Shown here one piece after another: positions 1 through 12,411 of a stretch of 64,000 nt of DNA. The stretch spans positions 1,178,001 through 1,242,000 of the forward strand of contig OZ287076.1 of the NCBI GenBank assembly GCA_965645245.1, written 5' to 3'. The DNA comes from Massalongia carnosa (taxonomy: Eukaryota). The notes below the pieces were generated by a model that saw only the letters and a list, made by a program, of their open reading frames with translations, was not told the origin of the DNA and did not search any database. Within the stretch, counting starts at the first letter, position 1; every line of letters starts with the position of its first letter. A program made the translations under genes and the position numbers.

Positions 1-614
1 CCGAAGGCTGTTAAAGAGAGGCCATGCTACTTACGCTTGTGCTGGTTGCCAAGATTGAAATGGCCGTTCTGGTTGGCATGATTCCCGTTTTGCGGGTCTG
101 TAGAGCGCACAAGCACCGTGTCTTCGGCATGTGTCTTTACATGCTTTTTCAAATCTTGAGGCCGTTTGAAGGCCTTTCCACAAAACTCACAGCGATGTGG
201 TTTCAGCGGGACATGGACGCGAATGTGCGAGGTAATATGGTCACGTTTGATAACCCGTATTTGACAATTGCCCCATGCACAGACGAGATTCAGGTTGTTC
301 GTGCTTTTACGCCCGATGTGAGTATCACATACGTGATCCTGTAAAACAGTTCAGTTCCATCGTTATATTGTTAGTAGCCAGTTATTGTGCGATCTGTGTC
401 TTACATAAAGCACCTCGGGGGTCTCCACCCTCTTCCCACAACCCGACCATTGACAGACATAGGTGTCGTTACCGTTGCTAGGAAGCTGGGCAACGGATTG
501 CTGTGGATGAAGGTGATGCTGTTCAGTAGGAATCGTAGTGGGCTGGCCTAGATCATGGTCTTGGCTGCCGCCTTGGCCGCCTTGGCTTGGAGTGTCTACT
601 TGGTGAGAGGACAT
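1..614 (-). CDS. pacC: pH-responsive C2H2 zinc-finger transcription factor PacC/Rim101 (5' part; gene continues beyond the window start)
   Basis: Exon 614-405 (MSSHQ...[17 protein letters not shown]), GT-AG intron 404-339, exon 338-35 reading [70 protein letters not shown], the hallmark PacC three-finger sequence. The next intron (GTAAGT) starts at 34. Confidence 0.96.
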
Positions 615-672
615 TATCGATAAGAGCGCGACGTCTGGTCACGAGATCTAAGAATCTTTTGCAGGTAAGGAA

Positions 673-1311
673 GCCAAGACGGGTAAAGTTTGGATTTTGA
701 TTTGTATTCACAAGCCCTCAACACTTTTTGAAGCTGGTGCGTGAAATCAAGGGAGAGAAATTATCGTGAGAAAACTCTGTCCCACATCAGAGTTCTCTTG
801 TACCCTTGAGAGGGAAGGTGCACAGATTTGCAAGGTACGGTCAAGCGGGTGAAATTACAGTTTTCGAAAATGTGCCTTTTTCCGTGGTTTTTTTTTTCTT
901 TTCCGACTGGCAGTAGAGCAACGACTCGCTACTTAAGTTATCCTCCTTCTGCCCAGTAAAGAGCTGTTCAACAGACTGGCAGCACAAACATCATCCCATC
1001 TTCCTCCCTTCACCTGTCTACACGTTTACACAGCCCCAATCATGAACGGGTAGTAGTTATAGAGCATGCGATGATGATGGTAAATCCGCCTTGGTCCGAC
1101 CCCTGTGACCCCGTCTATAGCGAATCACAAGCGGATGTGACAAAATGCCAAGAAAAGTGGAGGGCTTGGCAATGCGGGCGACGGGGTTTGTCCGACAGGT
1201 AAGAGCCAAGCGTTTTCTCACCCGTGAACCCTCCCTAAACATGCCGAGAAATCCCGCCCCATGTCTCACTCTGCTAATTTTGGCGGAAAGTCTTGGAGAC
1301 CAAGCGCCAAG
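673..1311. promoter_or_regulatory. Cluster of PacC consensus sites (GCCARG) upstream of pacC
   Basis: GCCAAG at 673, 1147, 1205 and 1306 and CTTGGC at 1165, so five sites within 700 bp of the pacC ATG. GCCARG is the established PacC site. Confidence 0.7.
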
Positions 1312-2714
1312 AAATTCCTATCGTCGTCGTCCTTTTTGCCATCCTCATCATCACCTTCTCGCTGCTGAAATATGTGCTCCCCGCAACCTTGATCCATACA
1401 TAACCTGTGCCGAACCCACTTCTCAGGCCTTTCTGGTTCTTGTTCGCCTCGTCTTCACGTACCCCGAGCTATAACAACACGTGAGTGTGATAGCCACTTG
1501 AGGTCTTAAGTTTCGAGATTTAAAATTTTGGTTAGTAAAGATGGGCCACATTCGACGTCAGCTCAAAAGCATGTCAATACCGATATAGAACTCATAAGCT
1601 CATAATTTCAGCCAATGGAGCACCACAATGCCACCATCGTTGCTTCTGGTCCTGACTACCCTTACTATTCCAGCAAATAGTAACTATTTGACCGTTGCCG
1701 CCACATGTGGTGTTATCATGGAGTCAATACTATTAGTTCTTTCATCCTGCTCCCTTGGTCCCTAAAGTTTTTTTAAGGAGTCATTATTTGCATATCTTTG
1801 AATTTCTACCTACTGCTGTGCCCATTCACGCACATCATCCTTTACATGAGCCGAGCGTTTTTTCCGTGACAAACTCTCAAAGAAGCTTGCCTAAACAAGT
1901 GTGTCGTAAACGTTAGCATTCGCAGCGTTTTTCAATTGAACTCTGAAGCCTTGCTGCCAATGTCATGGTACGAGGCGAGTGACAAAATTTCTCAACATCA
2001 AAGGTCAGGATGCTTGGCCGATTTTGGCATGAACTGTTGGAGAATTTCTTCGCCCGCCTCGTGAAAGACTCGATGCTATGCTTTTCTTCACTATGCTAGC
2101 GAGCGTATTATCATCCTCGATTGCCTTCTTTCGAACCTCCTTGTCATCTAAATTTGGCATATCTTCAAAGCAGCAAAAAACAAAGAAAGAAATTATAAAT
2201 TATATATGTGGTACAAGTGTACTCAAAGCAAAAGGTCTCTCCCCTTCAGCTCAATTGAGCAATGGGTGATGTTTCGTGCTTCAACCACGCAGGCTTGGCC
2301 AATCTTTATAACATCTTAAAGGTGTTTTATTCTCGGCGTTCAAGAAAATTATGAAGGGAAGGACGATTGATGAAAACTTGAATGATTGATGCTATATGCG
2401 CGATTTATTTGTATCCGCCCTGCTACGTTAGAACTCCTTGACAGCTTTCTACTGGAAATATCTTAGTGAGAAATTCTGGAGGGGACCTCAAACCCACACG
2501 TAAGTACTCTATCCAATTTCCACTTCCTGCTTGACCTCTCAGATCTCCACATGGCTTACTGCGTATGCCTAGTTGGATTTACTATCTACATTGGAACTGG
2601 AATAGATGATGAATGTATGTTGATCTAGCTCATTAGCTAGTTAAATGGAACAACTCATGGTTAAAGACCTTGGACATATACCATAACTTAGGATTCTAGG
2701 GGCAAAAGACTGAC

Positions 2715-3790
2715 GGATGCTGCAAGAATAAAATCTTGATAAATACGGTCTGCAAAGATGTCACGTCTGGACAGTCAGTTATTTCCTTCAGTCAACGTGA
2801 AGCTTAGAACCAGCGCATTACAAATCAATCATTAGTCGGTTGAGTCTACCAACACCCAATCAATTTCATGGTACGGCGTCAAGACTCATTCCTTATCTAT
2901 CACGCCATCAACTCCGGTGATTTGCAGTTGACTCGACGGCGTGTCCGTGGAGCGACAACCCCAGTGCCATTGCGCGTAAAGCAGTGTCAAAAACCTGTCC
3001 TCTTCGTCTCCATAATTATCAGGGCGATCGCTATAGACACGATTTAACATGACGTAGAAATTTGGTTGGTGAATAAAACGCATAAGTGCGCAAGCTTCAT
3101 CTAAAGCATGCTTCCAAAGAATACGTGCCCTGTCCCTGCTAGGGCCTTCATGGGTGTTGGGAGGGCGCGCATTCAGCGGCGAGGCTATTTCACGTTGGGA
3201 GGATCCGTACGCCTGAGATAAGGGTTCATCCCTGGGACAGGGTGAAGCGTAATTCTCGGAAAGGCCCATGATCCTTTCAAGCTGCTTTCGCATTCGGTGC
3301 AGGAGCGCGAGTCCGGATGAATGCCCATGAAAATCCCAATACCCTTGATCATTGATGTCCAACAACGCCGCCTCCCTCACCATGGACTCCAACAACGATT
3401 CCTCTATTGGAGGATCAGAGTGCATGTATCTATCACAAACGGACTCCAAGCTAGGAACATCGTTGAGATTGATGTCTGGTCGAATTATGGAGAGAAGAGT
3501 CTCCGCTCGTTTCAGACGGCTTATCAGATCCAATGGCTTTCCTGGTCGGGTCAAGGGGTATTCATTAGTGAAATCTAGGAGCATGTCAACCTAAGTGGTC
3601 TTTAGGTTTTCTTTGCTGATCTATCTCAGCACTTGGGACGAATCGTGTACTGACCGAAGACTTCGTCGGTAAAGGGTGCACAGGAGCGTTCTGTGCCATA
3701 TTTTTGTTTCTTTCCTCTACAATTGCCACCTTCGTCAATCATAGCATGCCGACGTTTCTGGCTTAAAAATTCTTCATGTCCTTCACTAGT
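2715..3790 (-). pseudogene. Decayed Zn(II)2Cys6 / fungal-specific transcription factor (Asg1-like)
   Basis: LESMVREAALLDINDQGYWDFHGHSSGLALLHRMRKQL, ALDEACALMRFIHQP and downstream ITDCPDVTSLQTVFIKILFLQ resemble Asg1-type factors. The zinc cluster has lost most Cys (QKRRHAMIDEGGNCRGKKQKYGTERSCAPFT). There is an apparent frameshift after LLYA, the donor near 2889 reads ATGAGT, and the 3' half is missing. Confidence 0.7.
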
Positions 3791-4726
3791 GGACGGTACC
3801 CAGCTGGGACAAGTATCTTGGAGCAGCAACAATGCGAGTCGGAGAGAAGCCTTGGCAACAAAATGAAAGTACCGGCAAGAGGCTAGGTATCAGGATGACT
3901 GTCTGGATTCTAGGGCAGATAGTGGAACATATGAGTTCTTCTATTCGGGACTTATCGTTGTACATATCATTTGCTTTCCCATTGTAGCGACAGGCTCGGT
4001 GTGGAACGCGCCCACATTCTCTCCTTCATGCAAGGAGGCATCTATGTGACCCGAAAGATGCAGTGCCTGATGGGCTGAGGCTTGTTGATGAGTAGGGATC
4101 ACTCTTCTTTTACAATATGATATGTCATGTTTGAAGCGCTCACAAAACATATTATCATACATATCTCATATGCAGGACCAAGGGCCAAGCTGTCGAAGGA
4201 AATTCGGCCCCCACGACCCTTGCATCATCACTGGATTAACTTTTCTTCATAAATAAAGCAGCTAGACTTCGCATGCACTGATGCTCAAAGATGCTTTACA
4301 TCCATCCACTTTTTGATCGCATCAGGTCAAAAAAGTTCATTGATATACATGCAGTGCAATCCCCAAGGGTAGTCGTCTAGAAAAAGTTTAAGCAAGCAAC
4401 AACGGCAAACGGATTAGCAGGTCGTGCTTCCACGTTGAAAGCGGAGTGCTTGGATATAGCGATCAGGTAAGACATGCATGATTGTGAAGGAGATAAGACA
4501 GTACCCTGCAGTGCCTGCATATCACAAAAGGTTGAGAAGATTAGGCATGGTCTTGGACTCATTGTGATAACCGGTGTACAGGTCACAGACCGCTTGCTTG
4601 CTCTATCGACCATGAAGCAGAGAATCGAAGTTCTATGCATGACAGTAATTCTGTCTAACTTGAAGATCCACCACCTTGACTCCTGCTTCGTTGATTCAAA
4701 CTATGACGACCTCCGGGTTCTATTGA

Positions 4727-6900
4727 CTACATCCTGATTTCATAATTTTGGCCGTCACGTAACCCCGAAGACCCTGGCCTGCCCATCTCCTCGCCCAACG
4801 AGCTATCTTGGTCATTTCCGGCTGCCAAATCCGGTCTATTGGCCGTGTTTCCTGCGGCGTTAACATCTTCCCATATTTGCCACCAACGCTCTCCATAGTA
4901 AACGGCGACGCGGTTGGAGAGTTGAATCACAAAAGTTCTTCGGTGATGAAATACCTGGGTAATAAATAAGTGCGAATTGGGACGAGCGAGACGATAATCA
5001 TTGGAGAGCCGATGGCGGTAATCGATTGGGAAATCGCAAAGGTAGCGCCGAAGCCAACAAGCTGCAGAGCGACAAAATACCATAATGCTTGCTTGCGCTG
5101 AATCCGAAAGAGTTGAATGAACGCTGGCGTGAAGGCTTTATCACGGCGAAGATTTAGTAGTTTCACGGTGCTTTCATTACTCTCAAGGGCTTACAACCCC
5201 ATAATGAAGAGCAGGCCCGCTAGAACGCCTTGAAGGATCTGGTGTAGGACGACCAGCAAGGGACCGGTCATGGTCCCTAATTTCAATAGGCCTTGCGCCA
5301 AGTTCGAGACACGTTGCTCTACCACATGATCTAGTACGAAGGTGGTATGCCTTTTCGAATCACCTGACTCGGATTTATCCGATATTGAACGAGAGACGCA
5401 AAGGGATTTGTTGTGAAATGCAGCCTGTGGAATAAGCCCGTTCGGAAAAGGCAGATCAAAAGCCCAGCAACGTCTGTCGTAATGCCTGGGAGGAAGACGT
5501 CCTAGTGAAACCCGGCAGGCTTGCGAAGGGGAAATTCTATACCCTGGGCAAGAACAGAAGACACTATATCATAGAATTAGCCTCGGTTAATTCACCGTCA
5601 TGCACCGACCAAAGGGAGTTTCTTCGAGATTTGCTACTGCTGGTGTTGCCAACTATTATGGTCGAGAGGAAATAGGATTGTGGGTGGGGGAGCAAATGGT
5701 GTGGCAAGGGGTACATCAGCGAGATCGATATTCCAGAAGTGGATGAACCATCCTCGATCCTGGGTGGGATGAAATGCTTTACCGGACGGGAGTTTGCAGC
5801 TCGACGCCGCGCATATGTCCAATGTGCACGAACCCGTAAAGAACCTGATGGATAGAGGCATGCCATAGTCCTCGAAAAACTTTCAAACGTAGCGATGGAA
5901 AAGCTAGCTATTCCCGAAAATGCCGCATGAGTAACCGGTCATGCGAACTAGTAGCAAGACCGTTATGGATAGGTAAGCGGATGCTTCCCCAGCAGCGCCC
6001 TATTTTCTGGTCAGAACATGAATGCCCTTTTGCAAGTACAGGAAAGCAACGTAAATCCCAAGTGTATCACAGCTGAACCGAGTGACATAGATCAAGCCGT
6101 TTGCATGCGTTAGTGAGCTAGCGCCCAATGCATGGCTAGTGACCAGCTACTTTGGTATTAGCTGAAGCACCCAAAGGACGAGCCATGAGAAATAGACAGG
6201 TTAATCCAGCACAGGTTAATCCAGCACATGAAGGCGAAGTAGTTAATTCCTTGCGGAGTGATGATTTCATACACTATGTAACTGAAAACCGTGATTGGAC
6301 CTAAGCTAGCTTTATGGATCTACCTGCGTGACGGAGAGTTGCCTAAAGAACTCACCTGTCACTCCAATAGTCAGCGGCTGAGCGGAGAAGATGGAGAAAA
6401 CAACGGAGCCAAGGACTGATAATAGCAAATCTATGGCCGTCTTCGAGAACATGTCGAGGGAAAATACCAGCGCTGATAGTATACTGGCATACGGGTTAAC
6501 CCCCCCCCCAATCAATAGGGAGACCAAAAAAAAAAGACATAGATCTGAAGAACTATAGCATAGCATGAATAGGCATGTGCACACGAGCAGTGCCAACGAT
6601 TAGAAAATCTTAGGAAGTTCATGATCTATGAGCGAAATACTTTGCATGTTATATATATACCGTGACTGGTACAGCACGATAGCATCCGTCCAATTGCTCC
6701 AGAAAAATGGTGCCCGTCGCTTGACATCGTTCACCATGCCCATGAACAGATTGGGGTTCCACCCTCTCTTGTGCAGTGGCATCAGTGCGTGCCTTATAGC
6801 TCCCCTGGACTTGGGATGCCATTGCTTTTTCATCTATGAGTATGACAAGCGCGTACTGGGTAGCCTATTATCATCCTGTTTGTTGCTCGCAAGGTTGTCT
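4727..6900 (-). pseudogene. HCO3-/borate transporter family (BOR1-like) pseudogene
   Basis: Family motifs GMVNDVKRRAPFFWSNWTDA, SVLGSVVFSIFSAQPLTI, FPLRKPAGFH*D, DHVVEQRVSNLAQGLL, LQLVGFGATFAISQ and PTASPFTMESVGG. In-frame stops at 5502-5504 (TAG), 5191-5193 (TAA) and 4927-4929 (TGA), plus frameshifts and a 15-bp duplication near 6196-6226. Confidence 0.85.
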
Positions 6901-8180
6901 TTATTTTTACTACCCTAGAGTGTGTGGGTGTCTTGATGTTAGGTACTAGTAGCTGATAAGGGAAGATATCCGGGCGAAATTCCACGAATCTTCCAGGCTG
7001 CCATTTGGGCTTTTTGTATGTACTCACGTACTCTGTAATCGAGAAGTAGACAAATCACCCGTCTGGTTTGAAGACAACGCAATCGACGGAACTGGTTGAA
7101 TAGAGTCGAGGTTTCTTATTCGATTAAGTCATTTGTTTTTAGATTGTTGATATAGGAAGTGAAATGCCATACTTGAGCGCAATAGACAAATATAGTTGGA
7201 GTAGAGTGTCGCCTTTAGGACTACCACGTGATATGCTACCCCAGGCATGGATCTTTCCGATCGAAGACCATTCAATACATATACCTGCGACAGCAGCGAG
7301 GTTGATTCACGACTCTCGCTTTACTTTACTCGACGATATAACCTCTACTGTCGTTAGCATGATCAAAGCTGTTTCACCTGAGCTCTGTAAACATATCATT
7401 TCGCAAAGCACAAGATAGGATAGGATGCGCATGTGGCTGGCCTTGCCCCGCTGCGATGATCAAGGGACTACGAGTATTCTTTCTTAATTTTAGCAGCTGC
7501 CTCATGTCTGAGGAAGACGATCTCCAACGACAGTGTGCAGCGCATGTGAAGACGCAACGTTTTCATACTATTGGCGGAGATTGATCGCGATCACGGCTAG
7601 CCTATTGAAATATAAATCGAAAGGTAGGACACTGCAGGCTATGTGAAGTCTGTGACAGTACTGAATCATTTGATTCGATCACTTTCTGATAGTCGGAGTA
7701 AAATATGAGCATTGCCCTTAGTGCTTTACCAGCCCCCTGATGAGAGAACCCTCGTTGAAGGCGCGATTGTTGGTTCAGCCAGTTGTTGAATATGGATATA
7801 CACGTTCAAGGCAAGCGGCCAAAGGGTTGCCCTGGAGGGTTGGTCGACGATTTCGTTATTTTTGAAGTTTACTCCTATACTTTATGGCTTCTTTTGACGT
7901 TACTCTAAGACATTGAGATATCTGATCATGTTGCGAGCCAATTGAAGTTATTTTGTCACAATTGGAGCTAAACTTACCCTTGACCCACGCCAAACTTGGT
8001 AAGAACCCTCCGAATCTTTCAGCCAATGGGCAGGCATAACGAGGGTCACGATCATTCTCGCAGTTGTCCCACTCCCATAGCCATGATCACCGTTCTTGAT
8101 CATAAGAAGAGTCACCCTCACTCCTTTAACAATGGCACGAGCGTGGTTGATTCCTTTTCTTTTCATATACATCCGCAGCC

Positions 8181-9332
8181 ATGAAGGCGTTTTATGTTCT
8201 CTTCGGTCTGCTAGCAATCATGTCCGAAGATATTCCTCACACACTAGCGGCGCCAGTATACGAGCCTCTTTCCAGACGAGCCGCTGCGGCTGTTCCAGCG
8301 TTTGTTCTTGACTATGGTAGATAAAGGGTCCTTGAGAAGCGAAGCCAAATACTGACATGTCAAAGCCCCTGTTGTATGGCTCCAGTCTCAAGATCCGTAT
8401 TTTCCCTCGGACATTGGAGCACAACTCGTACACACAACGCCTAAGGCAAACTTTATTGCGGTACAAGACGTACCAAGTCCCCTGACTCTCAGCAACCTTG
8501 CGTCGCTGAACAATATTGGAGGCACCAGTATTTACTTAACCTCTCTCGATGATATAACCGCGAATCCACAGTGGCTTAAGGGTATCAAACCAGATGGCAA
8601 TGGCAAGACAAACGGAGCTGTCAGCTCCGCGATAATTGTCAACGATCACGGTGCCGGTAACATTGACGCAATTTATATGTATTTTTATGCATACAATGAT
8701 GGGCCTCCTGTTTTCGGTCAAGCTATCGGAGACCATGTTGGCGACTGGGAACATAACATGGTTCGCTTCAAAAACGGGGCTCCTCAAGCCGTCTGGTATA
8801 GCCAGCATGCATACGGTGAAGCATTTACCTACGCCGCCGTTGAGAAACAGGGCATTAGACCTGTAGCTTATAGTGCCAAAGGATCTCACGCTAACTATGC
8901 CACCCCGGGGTAAGACCGTCAGACTAGTTTGTGTCGAAGTTGAAAGGCTTCTGCTTACATCAGAGTAGAACTCACGATCACACGATTCCTGGTCTTAACC
9001 TCTTTTTTGGTCCGCTCGAGGATAAGTGTGACAAAGGGGTGCTGTGGGATCCCACCCTGAGCGCGTATGTATATAGCTATAACGCCAACACGAATACCTT
9101 TACGGCGTACGATGGTACTTCTCCAACGGACTGGCTATCCTTTACCGGTCAATGGGGCGATCAACAATACCCAGATTCCGATCCCAGGCAAAGGAAGATT
9201 TTCGGAATATCTGCAACAGCGAAGTTTGTAAGCGGGCCAAGAGGTCCATTGGACAAACAGCTGAATCGAACGGACGTATGCCTTGCCAACAACAATATCC
9301 AGTGCTTTGTGAGTCCAGTGCTGCGACCATAG
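8181..9332 (+). CDS. Secreted Vps62-domain protein
   Basis: Signal-like MKAFYVLFGLLAIM; intron ~8317-8365; then PVVWLQSQDPYFPSD, YMYFYAYNDG, GDHVGDWEHNMVRF, WYSQH and SAKGSHANYATPG; second intron ~8910-8968; WLSFTGQWGD and GPRGP. These are typical Vps62-family motifs. Confidence 0.85.
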
Positions 9333-9500
9333 TAAATGGGATTCAAGTCCCTATCAGTTACAATAGCTGGAAGATGGCGCGAGTTGAACAGGCAGCGGCG
9401 GAAAGGAAGTTTCATATTGAGGGCAAGTCCTCGCACAATGTTTAATGCTCTGATTGTATCCGGACTAGTTAGTACCAATAATATCGTATGGATTACCCTA

Positions 9501-9601
9501 ATCGTGCTAAACCACTTTCGGAATGAAAAGGCATCCCTTAGTGCTTACCATCTCAATGACGCATTGGCCTCAATGTCGTTTTTTTCACCATCTACCCACC
9601 A
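9501..9601 (+). repeat. Left TIR of the Fot1-like element
   Basis: ATCGTGCTAAACCACTTTCG...CACCATCTACCCACCA, the reverse complement of 11323-11423. Confidence 0.95.
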
Positions 9602-9669
9602 AACAATTCACCACATCATCAAAACAACCCCGATTGTGAATGTTTCAATTTTGATACGTAGGGAATTTA

Positions 9670-11296
9670 CTAATCTACCAAAGGTGTGTCGTTGATGAGA
9701 AAGGCTATTTGATTCAGCTGAGAATCTTTTTTTTTCTCAGCCGCTTTCTCCTCCCTAGCCTTCTTCCGTTTCGCCTTTTCCTCCTCCTTCTGCTTTCTTT
9801 TTGAACAAAGCTCCCTACACTGACTTACCTTGATGATTCCAGCCTCAGAGGCCACCTGTCCACCAAAAACGGCTCGTTTCTGACGTGATGAAGCTGCTTC
9901 CTGCATGGCATGAAGGTCTCGAGTGGTCAAATCCAGAGCATGAGCGGATACCACCGAACCGCGAACGAACCGTTCAACCTGTTGAACCTCCAGTTTATCA
10001 TTGGGTCCCGCTTTGGCAATGGCTCTCTGAAGCTTTCGACCGTACCGAACAACCGATTCGGGCCCATGGGGTGTGCGTTGATTCAATGGAAGCGGGGGGG
10101 GGGGAGGGAGTTCGAATGACTGCCTCCCTCAATCGTGCCTCCTTTTCTCGAATTTTGTCCAGGACAACGTTTGGGTCAAACGGTACGATTCCGGTTGATT
10201 TGAACGCATGACGGATGGTGGATGGTTTGAACGTTTCATTTCGGAAGCCCTGAAATGCAGCGAGATATTCCAGCTTACCAAACTGACAGTCCCCCAACCG
10301 GACAGCCCGATCTATTGCCACGGTGTGATAGTGTTTGAACGGTTGAAAAACACCTACGTCCAATGGCTGGGTGAGGTGAGTGGAATGAGCTGATAATCGA
10401 AACAAAACGATGTTGTTGGCAGTGGCTAGTTCAAAAAATGGGATGGTTATATGCGATCCAGAACCGTCAATGATTAGAAGTAGCCATGCACCTTGCCTTT
10501 TGCTACTCGTATGCTCGATGAAGTGATTCAACCAGTCCATAGCTAAATCATCATTTGAATAACCACTGTCGCTGGTGCCAATGAGAATGTCATCATGTAG
10601 ATCATTTTCCTGACACCATTTATACAAAATCTGCACCCCTGAAATGATGATCAAAGGGGGAATCACCTCCCCTCCAGAACTTATACACTCCACCGTCGTG
10701 ATATAATCACGATTGTCCGGGTCCGTCATTCGCAAAGGCTTTTTCGGGTCCATGGTAATCACCATTTGAGCCCGCCCACAGCCAATGCGAAAGCCTGTTT
10801 CATCCATGTTCCAAACGTCCACGTCGGTAATGCCCTTGTTCTCAATAGCAGCCTTCAATTTATAGAAATAATCCCGCATATCTATGAGACTGTGACTGTT
10901 TTTTCGATCCGTCGCCAGGGGCTTTTGTTTGCGCTTGTTGTACTGTGGATTTCGTTCAAGAAATCGGTTGAACCACTGATGCCCCACCTTTCGATCCTCT
11001 GAACGAATCAAATAATTCGCCGCCCCCTCAATCATCTTTGGCCTAGCGCACATATTAAACCGGTCACATCGATCAATATACTCGCGAATTGCCTCCTCTT
11101 GCTCCTCCGTAAGAGCTTTGTTGGTGCTGGGGCGGGTGCTTTTGGAATTGGACCCATTCCATCGTCTTTGAAGTTGACGAATGGGCACGTCGTATGCACG
11201 CGCAGCCTTGGTGCAATTCTTATACCAACCATCATGAAGCGCGTCGATGGCCTCTTCAATACGATTTTCGAGTTTATAATAAGAATCAGAAGGCAT
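9670..11296 (-). CDS. Fot1/pogo transposase (HTH + CENP-B HTH + DDE_1), with one frameshift at a G11 run
   Basis: VWNMDETGF, LLIIDGSGSH and HSTHLTQPLDVGVFQPFK motifs. ORF 11296-9998 continues into ORF 10086-9670 after a frame change at the homopolymer 10094-10104. Confidence 0.9.
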
Positions 11297-11322
11297 GGTG
11301 TGGGGTGTTTACGTGTCAAAGA

Positions 11323-11423
11323 TGGTGGGTAGATGGTGAAAAAAACGACATTGAGCCCAATGCGTCATTGAGATGGTAAGCACTAAGGGATGCCCTTCCA
11401 TTTCGAAAGTGGTTTAGCACGAT
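11323..11423 (-). repeat. Right TIR of the Fot1-like element
   Basis: Reverse complement of 9501-9601, 97/101 identical by hand alignment. Confidence 0.95.
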
Positions 11424-12411
11424 TAAGCTCTCACTAGATCACCTGATTTCATGACGGGTGCCCTGAATGACGAAGAAAGACGACGTGGTAATGATTGCCG
11501 GAGCGTTTGGTTTGATCGACATCACTCGGACCCTGGGAGGCGTTTGTTTTTGATTGTTTTGATGCACGATCATGCGTCTGATTGGCCTGCACGAGAAAAG
11601 GTTCGACCCAGCCTAACCCCGAAATCCGAGTACGGAGTCGAAATATCAAGAAACCCAGGACGCGATGCCCTAACGAGGTCTATTCGGCCGCTAAGGGCAA
11701 GCGGTCGCTGGTCGGACATGCTCGTGATGCGTTTTCAAGGTCTCTCTAGGTTCTACCCCTGAACTCACTCGGATATCATTGGCTCTGAAGCTGTGGCGGC
11801 ACATCCAACGTGCCGACTAGTATAAAGTTGTCAACCATTGTGGCGGAAGCGTCGGCATTGGACACGATGATCTAATTTCGCATCTAATTATCAGCATGAT
11901 CTTTCGGGCTCATCACTCTTCTCAATCGTCGCTGAATGCCGAGTCTCGTATATCAACGACTTCTCGAAGGTTACAGCGACGTAATTCTGAGCTGCGCTGG
12001 TCTTGGATCGGATTTTGCTGCGCCATGGCTATTTATTGTTACCAACAAGCAGTGATTTGAACAACACTCCCTTCCTTGCAAACGTGCCACCTCAGAGTGG
12101 AGTGATATGGTGTTCCATCTACAGCAGCAGAAACACATCAACGCTTTCCGAGACAGTTGTTTTTTCTTTTTGCACCAACAGACGGAAACGTGAGCCGCAA
12201 CCCACCCACATTAGCTCTCTTGCTGTAAAAGCTTCGTATCTTGTTGTGACAACAACCAAGGCTGACGGCAAAGATAACTACCTAGGCACCAAGTGATTCA
12301 ACGGATCAATTAGCCGCTGCTTCAGCAAAACGCGAGTGAATCTCAACACTCCGGAACCCTTTCTGTCGCGACTTCCTTCGAACTTAGCGGACCCCGCTAC
12401 AGCTCAACGCC

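Larger units (their letters stand above)
9501..11423 (-). mobile_element. Full-length pogo/Fot1-type (Tc1/mariner superfamily) DNA transposon, 1923 bp
   Basis: 101-bp terminal inverted repeats with 4 mismatches, TA target-site duplication at 9499-9500 and 11424-11425, and an internal DDE_1 transposase. Confidence 0.95.

Noticed and set aside
24..344. Plus-strand 106-aa ORF and similar antisense ORFs over the K+ channel, chitinase, cupin and RdRP
   Set aside because: These are shadows of real genes on the opposite strand.
1800..2160. Minus-strand coding-like relic (MPNLDDKEVRKKAIEDD..) with a possible intron
   Set aside because: Short, broken by stops and no recognisable family.
4440..4540. 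CEGDKTVPCSAC as a Zn2Cys6 fragment
   Set aside because: Only three Cys, a stop immediately upstream and no supporting context.
11590..11620. GGTTCGA T-loop-like word suggesting a tRNA
   Set aside because: No cloverleaf stems or A-box could be built around it.
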